The notes under the pieces are model-generated. The model was not told the DNA's origin and searched no databases. It worked only from the letters and a program-made list of their open reading frames with translations. DNA of 64,000 nt from contig CAYGFK010000002.1 of assembly GCA_964349135.1 (NCBI GenBank), forward strand, positions 7,535 to 71,534, read 5' to 3'. This stretch comes from an uncultured Candidatus Saccharibacteria bacterium. GTDB taxonomy: Bacteria; Patescibacteriota; Minisyncoccia; Phycocordibacterales; DSPV01. Positions 55,723 to 64,000 of the stretch are shown in pieces. The first letter of the stretch is position 1; the number at the start of each line of letters is the position of its first letter. The position numbers were made by a program, and so were the translations under genes.

Positions 55723-56024
55723 ACATAAAAATAACCCAAATAGAGCCACTTTCAATCGTGGTACATGAATCCATTTCGGTATCGGATGCAATCGTGGTCT
55801 TGGAGTTGTTTATCTACCGGATTACGACTTCAAGGGCGAAAGAGAGTAACGGATTAGTCGTATCTGTTGCTGAATATAGGAAGCTTCTTGGTGATTACCA
55901 AAGTACAGACGAACGCATCACAGATCGTCTGAGGTATCTCGAGGCTTTCTGCAGAAATATTATTAAACCTGAAATAAAAACATATGTCGTTACCAAATCA
56001 GGGGCGCATCAGGCGTCCACCTAA
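55719..56024 (+). CDS. Hypothetical small protein (101 aa), candidate DNA-binding protein or recombination directionality factor
   Basis: Immediately upstream of and overlapping the recombinase gene; no family recognised. Confidence 0.35.
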   Translation: MNIKITQIEPLSIVVHESISVSDAIVVLELFIYRITTSRAKESNGLVVSVAEYRKLLGDYQSTDERITDRLRYLEAFCRNIIKPEIKTYVVTKSGAHQAST

Positions 56025-57609
56025 GCGCCAACGTGGTGGAAGGAAAGTTTTAACCGGAGAAGTAGAGCCAGCTAACACAAAAGCGCTTGGCTATTGCAGG
56101 GTATCGTCTTTAACTCAAGCTACGGATGGACATGGTCTAGATAGCCAAGAGCATCGTTGTCGAACATTTGCTGAACAAAAGGGACTAGAGATGGTAAAAG
56201 TCTTTCGTGATTCTCATACTGGCGGAGGCGATTTTTGGCAACGTCCGGCCATGAGAGAACTTTTGGAATACGTTGATGCACATCCGACTGAAAGATTCAC
56301 GGTTATTTTCGACGATCTCAAACGATTTGCGAGGGACATCCAATTTCACTGGAAGCTACGAACGGAGTTTAGTGCTAGAGGTATTACACCAGCATGTCTG
56401 AACTTTAATTTCGAAGATACACCGGAAGGGGGTTTTATAGAAACAGTAATGGCTGCGCAGGGTGAGCTAGAACGAAAACAAAACCGGAGACAGGTGATGC
56501 AAAAACAAAAAGCTCGAATGGAGTTAGGGTATTGGCCATTTGCCGCTAGGAAGGGTTACACATCAGTAAAAGACCCTCTTCATGGAAAGATATGTAAACC
56601 AAACGCAGGAGGGGAAATATTGGCTGAAGCATTAGCTCTGTTTGAGAACAGGACACTCTTGCGTAAGGTTGACGTTGCCCGTTTCTTGGTCGAGAAGGGA
56701 TTCTGGACTGGTCAGAAACCAGAGAGATATATCGATAAGGTATCACACATACTGCAGGATCCTTTTTACTGCGGGGATATGGAGTATCCCGCATGGCAAG
56801 TAAAACGCAGGACAGCAAAACATGTGGGAATTATCACCAAGGATACTTTTGAGCGAATTCAAAAGCTAATAAGGCGAGAAACTACATTGAAGCGTATCCG
56901 TTGGGATATTTCGCCAGAGTTTCGTTTGAGGGGTTTAATTCTTTGTGACCATTGTGGCAATCATCTCACAGCTGCCTGGTCAAAGAAGACATTCCCGTAT
57001 TACATCTGTCATACAAAGGAATGTGAACGCTACGGCAAATCTATTCGCCGGGATGATATTGAAGGCCAGTTTGACATATTACTTCAGCAAAACACTTTGA
57101 AGCCCGAAATTGGTACTGTTGTCGGACTTGTCTTTGAGAGAGTTTGGGCGCAGGAAATTAATACCATGAAAGTAGAGGTCTTGAATCAAGAGGGTGAGAT
57201 TAGAATGCTTCAAGATAAGGTATTACAACTTACCGATGCCGCCTTGAATGCAAAATCTGCACAGGTAAAAGCTGTTTATGAGCAACAAATAGAAACTACT
57301 GCTGATGAGATCAACGAAATCAAGTCCCGATCGCCATTAGTTCCAACAGACCTAGCTATTCCTTATCGAACTGCCCTTGATAAAGCAACCGGATTACTTA
57401 AAAGCCCATATAAGATATGGCAAAACCTCAATGTTGTTGAGCAACACAGTCTTTACTACTTCGTTTTTGAGGAGAAATTACGATATAACCAAGTCTCTGG
57501 TTATCGAACTGAAAAATCCTCAAGTGCCATAAGGCTCTTTGAGGATTTTGTCAGTAAAAACTCCCTAGATGTGGAGATGGGCGGAATCGAACCGCCGTGC
57601 AAAGAGTAG
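55984..57609 (+). CDS. Large serine recombinase (resolvase/invertase catalytic domain + recombinase domain + zinc ribbon)
   Basis: Catalytic 'GYCRVSSLTQ' Ser motif. Central recombinase domain. C-terminal Cys cluster CDHCGNHLTAAW…YYICHTKEC. The 3' end overlaps the tmRNA 3' end. Confidence 0.85.
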   Translation: MSLPNQGRIRRPPKRQRGGRKVLTGEVEPANTKALGYCRVSSLTQATDGHGLDSQEHRCRTFAEQKGLEMVKVFRDSHTGGGDFWQRPAMRELLEYVDAHPTERFTVIFDDLKRFARDIQFHWKLRTEFSARGITPACLNFNFEDTPEGGFIETVMAAQGELERKQNRRQVMQKQKARMELGYWPFAARKGYTSVKDPLHGKICKPNAGGEILAEALALFENRTLLRKVDVARFLVEKGFWTGQKPERYIDKVSHILQDPFYCGDMEYPAWQVKRRTAKHVGIITKDTFERIQKLIRRETTLKRIRWDISPEFRLRGLILCDHCGNHLTAAWSKKTFPYYICHTKECERYGKSIRRDDIEGQFDILLQQNTLKPEIGTVVGLVFERVWAQEINTMKVEVLNQEGEIRMLQDKVLQLTDAALNAKSAQVKAVYEQQIETTADEINEIKSRSPLVPTDLAIPYRTALDKATGLLKSPYKIWQNLNVVEQHSLYYFVFEEKLRYNQVSGYRTEKSSSAIRLFEDFVSKNSLDVEMGGIEPPCKE

Positions 57610-57965
57610 GAAACCAAGCGTCTACGTAATCTAGGGTATCTTTTGTTTTTCGACGAAAGCGCTAGAAGATACACAAAACACGTTCCCGTCTAGTTTCTAA
57701 GGTTCGCGTGTGCGCCGAAACGAGCGCCTACGCTATCCTGAAAATATCATGCCCGCGTCCCGCCTTCAGGAGAGGTGAGGGCGAACACGTCTACGTATTA
57801 TGCGTGGACGAAAGCAAGGTCGTTAACACCAAAATATGGTGAGAGTACGGCCTGTGCCTTTGCAACTGCTGATTTGGCAGTTATAGGTTCCAACCGTTTA
57901 AGGAGTTATTGGAGCTCCATTACGCAACTTAGCGACCGTGCCCTTTGTCTAGGCCGATCATCCCC
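57572..57965 (-). ncRNA. ssrA: tmRNA (ssrA)
   Basis: Minus-strand 5' GGGGAUGAUCGGCC… and 3' …GGCGG-UUCGAUU-CCGCC-CAUCUCC-A. The acceptor stem pairs with a G3·U70 wobble, the AlaRS identity hallmark. Putative tag ORF ends …NDLAFVHA-UAA. smpB is adjacent. Confidence 0.8.
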
Positions 57966-57977
57966 GTATGAAAATTG

Positions 57978-58424
57978 TCAACGACCTTTCAGTTCTCGAC
58001 GCATCTCCCGTTCGTCATCACGCTTCTTGATGGTCTCCCGTTTATCAAATTGTTTCTTTCCGCGGGCGATTGCAAGGGCGACCTTGATGCGACGTTTAGA
58101 ACTATACACTGAAATTGGTACTACTGTCAACCCTTTCGTACGTTCGGCTTTTGTGAGTTTCTCGATTTCGTCCTTTGTTAAGAGCAAGCGTCGGTTTCGG
58201 GTCTGATTGTAGCTTTCAGGCGTGTTGCCCGGTTGGTAGGGTGCGATGGTCATGCCGAGAATATACGCTTCTCCGCCACGCATGGTGACGTGCGCCCCTT
58301 CAAGAGACGCTTTGCCGGTGCGCACGGCGCGCACTTCAAAACCGAGCAGTTCTATCCCTGCCTCGAATTGCTCCATGAACTCATAGTTGAAGCGCGCTTT
58401 TCGGTTTTCGGCGAAATTCGACAT
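57978..58424 (-). CDS. smpB: SsrA-binding protein SmpB
   Basis: …ARFNYEF…GIELLGFEV…GEAYILGMTIAPY…RRLLLTKDEI…KGLTVVP… SmpB family; trimmed to the conserved N-terminus. Confidence 0.85.
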   Translation of the reverse strand: MSNFAENRKARFNYEFMEQFEAGIELLGFEVRAVRTGKASLEGAHVTMRGGEAYILGMTIAPYQPGNTPESYNQTRNRRLLLTKDEIEKLTKAERTKGLTVVPISVYSSKRRIKVALAIARGKKQFDKRETIKKRDDEREMRRELKGR

Positions 58425-58702
58425 CACAAACAGTCTAGCAGAATCGGTATTACTTGACGATTTCAGGACACGGAGTACTCTTTTACGTGAAAGGACCTCA
58501 CCATGAATGCACTCAAGTTGATTGGAAAGGGGGTTGCCTTCGTTCTGGCGGTATTTATTGCAATGTTCCTCTACGTCGTCTTTTGGGGGCTTCAGCGACA
58601 AATGCAAAGAGACGACCACTCTATTAGCCCGGTCCGCGCTAGCGGACCGGGCCTTCTCTTTCCGTTCCATTTCTTCGCTCGTTGTGTATAATAGTTTTCA
58701 CT

Positions 58703-60610
<1,908 letters not shown>

Positions 60611-60661
60611 ATAGTTTCTGGGAGTTGCGAGGTTGTCACAAGTTGTTAATGCATATATACG

Positions 60662-60961
60662 TTGACTTCAACGTGTTTTCATGCTATTTTCTCTTTGGAT
60701 TCAGTTTCTAACCTCAACCAGTCCTTTGCTATGCTTATTGACCAATCAGATATCGTTTTCTTTGTTTTGATGGGTTCGTTTACGCTTTCAGTCGCCCTGT
60801 TTGCGTACGTTGCATTTCTCTATCCGCTGTTGGCGCGAACTTTCAGGCACAGGTCTGTCAGTGCCGTACTTGATTGGAGTGCTGTGAGCGCTCTTGGGCT
60901 CGCCGGGGTACTTGTATTTTTCGGCTTTGTGGCGACTCTTGTCGTTCTCAGTATGCCTTGA
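60662..60961 (+). CDS. Small 3-TM membrane protein (99 aa)
   Basis: ORF with hydrophobic helices only. Confidence 0.3.
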   Translation: MTSTCFHAIFSLDSVSNLNQSFAMLIDQSDIVFFVLMGSFTLSVALFAYVAFLYPLLARTFRHRSVSAVLDWSAVSALGLAGVLVFFGFVATLVVLSMP

Positions 60962-61042
60962 TATCGAGAAGGCTAAGCGCGGTTCGGTCCCCCGAACCGC
61001 GCTTTCTTTTTGTCTGTGTTCGATTACACTGTACCTAAACCG

Positions 61043-61075
61043 CCTGTAGCTCAATGGTTAGAGCACCAAGGTTAT
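61043..61075 (+). other. tRNA-like 5' fragment (acceptor CCGCCTG + D-arm GCTC-AATGGTTA-GAGC + anticodon-arm start) with no contiguous 3' half
   Basis: Paralogous to the 5' half of the adjacent tRNA-Ile. The matching 3' acceptor CAGGCGG-A occurs only about 290 nt downstream (61350-61357). Confidence 0.4.
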
Positions 61076-61108
61076 AGAAGGCAACGAGTGGTCATTGAAA
61101 ATATGTGT

Positions 61109-61182
61109 CCGCCCTTAGCTCAGTTGGTTAGAGCACGGAGCTTATACCTCCGGGGTCCTTGGTTCGAATCCAAGAGGGCGGA
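61109..61182 (+). tRNA. tRNA-Ile (anticodon UAU)
   Basis: Hand-folded cloverleaf: acceptor CCGCCCT/AGGGCGG, D-arm GCTC-AGTTGGTTA-GAGC, anticodon arm CGGAG-CTTATAC-CTCCG, T-arm CTTGG-TTCGAAT-CCAAG, discriminator A. Needs a tRNAscan-SE check. Confidence 0.65.
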
Positions 61183-61332
61183 CATATATTTGCAGTTGAA
61201 TCGAGTGAACCTTCTATATCATAGATATACCTTGGGGGTGAGAAGCGAACACTTGGAGCTTCGCAAGGTCGGAGTTCGCGAAGGCGAACGAGACGGGGTC
61301 GCGGGATTCGCCAGCGGGCGAATACCCGTGAC

Positions 61333-61361
61333 CTTGGTTCGAGTCCAAGCAGGCGGAACGA
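61333..61361 (+). other. tRNA 3'-half-like element (T-arm CTTGG-TTCGAGT-CCAAG + acceptor CAGGCGG-A)
   Basis: Perfect T-arm plus an acceptor 3' strand complementary to the 5' fragment at 61043. Its last 16 nt recur at 61476-61491. Confidence 0.4.
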
Positions 61362-61475
61362 AGTGACGACTGAAGCGAGCAAACTGCTTTGCTCGCGTTT
61401 GGATGAGAAGGGTTTTGCGCTGTCTTCTGACCGTAAAACTCCGGCCGATGCCCGATAAGCATCGGGAGTCCAAGC

Positions 61476-61491
61476 AGGCGGAATAAATTCC
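61476..61491 (+). repeat. 16-nt direct repeat (TCCAAGCAGGCGGAAT) of the tRNA-like 3' end
   Basis: Exact duplicate of 61346-61361, 130 nt downstream. Confidence 0.5.
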
Positions 61492-61500
61492 CAGTTTAAA

Positions 61501-63654
61501 TTACTCGAAATGTATCGGTGTTTTTTGTGCGAGGCGCTTTGCGAGTAGGGGAAATTGTGAGAGTTCCGAATCGTGTTCAATGAGGTCTCGTGCTTCATCG
61601 CGCGCCGCTTCCACCATTTTAATATTCTTGAGAGCTTCCATACCGACATCAGAGACGCCCCATTGCTTCCGCCCGTAAAGCTCGCCACTACCTCGGAGCG
61701 TGAGGTCGAGTTCGGCGAGTTCGAACCCGTTCTTTGCGGTACTAAGGGCCTTTAGTCGCTCACGTGAAGTTTTTGAACGAGAGTCGGTGAATACATAACA
61801 ATACGCCTGTTCGTTTGAGCGTACGACTCGACCGCGGAGTTGATGAAGCTGTGCGAGTCCGAATCGTTCGGCACCTTCAATGAGGATAATGGTTGCGTTT
61901 GGTACATTGACGCCGACTTCGATGACTGAGGTTGAGACAAGTATTTGAATTGAGCCGTCTTTTAAACGCTCCATGACACCCTCTTTATCACCTTGTTTCA
62001 GCTTGCTATGCATGAGCCCAATTTCGTATTCGGGGAAAATCTCTTTTTTTAGACGAGTCGCCTCTTCTTTTGCAGATTTTGCATTGAGAGCAAGTGCTTT
62101 TGTCGGGTCGGGTTCGTCGATACGCGGACAGATAACATAGGCCTGTCGCCCTGTTTTGAGTTGGTGCCTGATTGCTTCATAGGTCCTCTCGCGTTTCTCA
62201 GGGCTGACTACTTCGGTAATAATTGGTTTGCGTCCGGCAGGCATTTCATCGAGTACGGTCAGGTCGAGGTCGCCATAGAGGGTGAGCGCGAGAGTTCTCG
62301 GTATTGGTGTTGCTGTCATAGAGAGCAAGTGAGGTTTAATTTCAGATTTACTTGCGAGTGCGTGGCGTTGGCCGGTGCCAAACCGATGTTGCTCGTCTAT
62401 CACAACATAGGCGAGGTGTTTGAATACGACACTTTTCTGTATAAGTGCGTGTGTTCCGACGACAATAGGAATCTCGCCGTTTGCAACCCACTTCAGGAAT
62501 TGCGCTCGGGAGATGTCAGTCGCTTGATGTGGGTCCACTTTTGATGGAAATTTTTGACATCCGCTACCGGTCATGAGGCCGACATTGATACCGAGATGTG
62601 CGAAGTATTCGATAAACGATTCAAATTGTTGCCGAGCAAGTACTTCAGTGGGTGCCATGTAGGCGACCTGAAGATTGCCGAACGCTTGGCCAACGGGACG
62701 GCTGGTGACTACCGTATACGCGGTGGTGGCCGCGACAAAGGTTTTTCCTGAGCCGACATCGCCTTCGAGGAGTCGTGCCATGGGGTGTGGTCGTTTGAAA
62801 TCGTCATGAATAGCGTCGATAGCATGCTTCTGAGCTTTTGTCGGCGTGAAGGGGAATCGGGACCAGAATTCTTTTTCTGCCTTTTGGTCTCGGACAATGG
62901 AAAATGAGCGTTCGTGACTATGACGACTCTTCATTTGCTGTCGGTCGAGCTGTATCAAGAATACTTCTTCGAAGGCAAATCGTTTTCTCGCCACTTCGGC
63001 GTCGCGTGCGCTTTGGGGGGCATGAATCCAGATGAGTGCTGTTTTCAGAGAAGGGAGGTGGAGTTTTTTCAAAATTGATTCGGGAAGCGGGTCTTGGAGC
63101 GTGTCGAGGTGCCCCGAGGTGACGGCACGAGCTATGACATGTCTAAACCAGTTTGAGGTGACGCCCCGAGTTTCTGGATAGACCGGGTGGAGCGCATGTG
63201 TATCTGTTTCCGATGTAAAGAGTCCGTCTTGTGCGTTAGGTATTTCATCGACACGTTCTATTTTTGGGTTTGAGAAATAGAGCACTTCTTTACGTTGTGC
63301 GACTTTGCCTTCGACACGAACGCGCGCTCCCTCGTGGACCATTTTGGCGAGATAGGGCTGGTTGAACCACACCAGTTTGATGGTCGATTGCGCGTCGCGG
63401 AGTACCGCTTCTGCCATCGTTACCTTCTTTCGGAACGTTTTCACGGCTTTCAGTGCGTGGACGGTGCCGAATACAACAGCACTATCTCCTACGTGGAGTG
63501 AAGCAATCGTTTTTGTATCGGCGATTGATTCGTAGCGCGTTGGAAAGTGATACAGCAGATTTTCGACCGTTTCAAGCCCGAGACGTTTCAGGGCTTTTCG
63601 ATGTCCGTCGGACAGACGAGTAAGCGAAGCTATAAGGGCGCCATCGGTGTTCAT
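61501..63654 (-). CDS. recG: ATP-dependent DNA helicase RecG
   Basis: Wedge domain; helicase motifs GDVGSGKT, DEQHRFG; start trimmed to MNTDGAL. Confidence 0.85.
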   Translation of the reverse strand: MNTDGALIASLTRLSDGHRKALKRLGLETVENLLYHFPTRYESIADTKTIASLHVGDSAVVFGTVHALKAVKTFRKKVTMAEAVLRDAQSTIKLVWFNQPYLAKMVHEGARVRVEGKVAQRKEVLYFSNPKIERVDEIPNAQDGLFTSETDTHALHPVYPETRGVTSNWFRHVIARAVTSGHLDTLQDPLPESILKKLHLPSLKTALIWIHAPQSARDAEVARKRFAFEEVFLIQLDRQQMKSRHSHERSFSIVRDQKAEKEFWSRFPFTPTKAQKHAIDAIHDDFKRPHPMARLLEGDVGSGKTFVAATTAYTVVTSRPVGQAFGNLQVAYMAPTEVLARQQFESFIEYFAHLGINVGLMTGSGCQKFPSKVDPHQATDISRAQFLKWVANGEIPIVVGTHALIQKSVVFKHLAYVVIDEQHRFGTGQRHALASKSEIKPHLLSMTATPIPRTLALTLYGDLDLTVLDEMPAGRKPIITEVVSPEKRERTYEAIRHQLKTGRQAYVICPRIDEPDPTKALALNAKSAKEEATRLKKEIFPEYEIGLMHSKLKQGDKEGVMERLKDGSIQILVSTSVIEVGVNVPNATIILIEGAERFGLAQLHQLRGRVVRSNEQAYCYVFTDSRSKTSRERLKALSTAKNGFELAELDLTLRGSGELYGRKQWGVSDVGMEALKNIKMVEAARDEARDLIEHDSELSQFPLLAKRLAQKTPIHFE

Positions 63655-63691
63655 GGGAGTATTGTAGCCGAAAAAAGCGCGAAACGCGCTT

Positions 63692-63946
63692 TTAACTCCC
63701 TTCCTTCTCTTTGTTTTTTTTTCGGCTAAATAGTCGCTCAAGTATGCTAGCAAAGTCGATGTTATCAAATATGACTTCTCCAAGTATGGCGAAGGGTACG
63801 GTGACAAGGATGGCTATCCCAACAATGCTCCATGTAATAGTCTCGCCGGTAGCGAAATAAATGGCGACCAAGTCTTCAATGACGCCGACGACGATGCCAA
63901 AAATGAGCAGTTCTAATATAACCTCAATTTTTTTCCATTTACGCAT
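63692..63946 (-). CDS. Small 2-TM membrane protein (84 aa)
   Basis: ORF with hydrophobic helices only. Confidence 0.3.
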   Translation of the reverse strand: MRKWKKIEVILELLIFGIVVGVIEDLVAIYFATGETITWSIVGIAILVTVPFAILGEVIFDNIDFASILERLFSRKKNKEKEGS

Positions 63947-64000
63947 TCAAGTATATTTTTATGGTCCGACTCCTCTAAGATAATTCAGGTTGAAATTATT

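Larger units (their letters stand above)
53035..57571. mobile_element. ssrA-proximal integrative island carrying a large serine recombinase and cargo ORFs
   Basis: Recombinase gene abuts and overlaps the ssrA 3' end; the distal boundary is an ssrA-3' repeat; cargo is ORFan-like. Confidence 0.65.

Noticed and set aside
61186-61362. Second complete tRNA (including tRNA-Sec or long-arm tRNA) ending at the CAGGCGG-A acceptor
   Set aside because: No 5' acceptor strand complementary to CAGGCGG within 70-100 nt upstream, and candidate anticodon arms lack U33. Reported as a fragment or repeat instead.

Overview
This 64-kb window looks like a small-genome, CPR/Patescibacteria-like bacterium. That assignment is an inference from gene content, compact operons and ribosomal-protein N/C-terminal extensions; GC is roughly 50%.

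Features, in order along the window:
- A giant 1373-aa secreted surface protein (LamG/ConA-like plus PKD-like domains) and two other secreted proteins.
- A type IV pilus module: pilB, pilC, three prepilin-type pseudopilins and a larger pilus-associated protein.
- Glycolysis genes tpiA and pgk, then a HIT hydrolase.
- A tandem pair of divergent paralogous genes, each followed by an identical intrinsic terminator.
- recJ, then an RNase HI carrying a C-terminal hybrid-binding-like extension.
- A ComEC that lacks its MBL domain, with a ComEC-like MBL protein encoded separately beyond an intervening sod gene.
- rpmB and an M50 peptidase.
- The str/S10/spc/alpha ribosomal superoperon: rpsL, rpsG, fusA, a PG-binding protein, tuf, rpsJ, rplC, rplD, rplW, rplB, rpsS, rplV, rpsC, rplP, rpmC, rpsQ, rplN, rplX, rplE, rpsN(Z), rpsH, rplF, rplR, rpsE, rplO, secY, adk, map, ndk. 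It has no rpmD. Two foreign genes are inserted, one between rpsJ and rplC and one between rplE and rpsN. A duplicated promoter-plus-hairpin module occurs before rpsS and before rpsN.
- A β-CASP MBL RNase, then rplT-rpmI-infC on the minus strand, a TPR lipoprotein, a SulP transporter and an XRE regulator.
- A tmRNA gene (ssrA, minus strand) next to smpB. Two stacked integrative islands sit at its 3' end. The proximal island carries a large serine recombinase whose ORF overlaps the ssrA 3' end. Direct repeats of the ssrA terminal 14-20 nt delimit the islands. Island cargo comprises three tiny membrane proteins, a convergent 252-aa possible PD-(D/E)xK-like protein, and a 590-aa PG-binding/SH3b/β-propeller secreted protein.
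- ftsH, then a tRNA locus with an intact tRNA-Ile(UAU) plus tRNA-like fragments and duplicated 3' ends, and recG.

Noncoding signals:
- Many clean hairpin-plus-U-run terminators.
- A palindromic pair of perfect DnaA boxes on a promoter downstream of fusA.
- Several long structured noncoding stretches (43.9-44.55 kb, 53.04-53.46 kb, 55.03-55.44 kb, 20.0-20.4 kb) that could hold sRNAs.

No rRNA or CRISPR array was seen.
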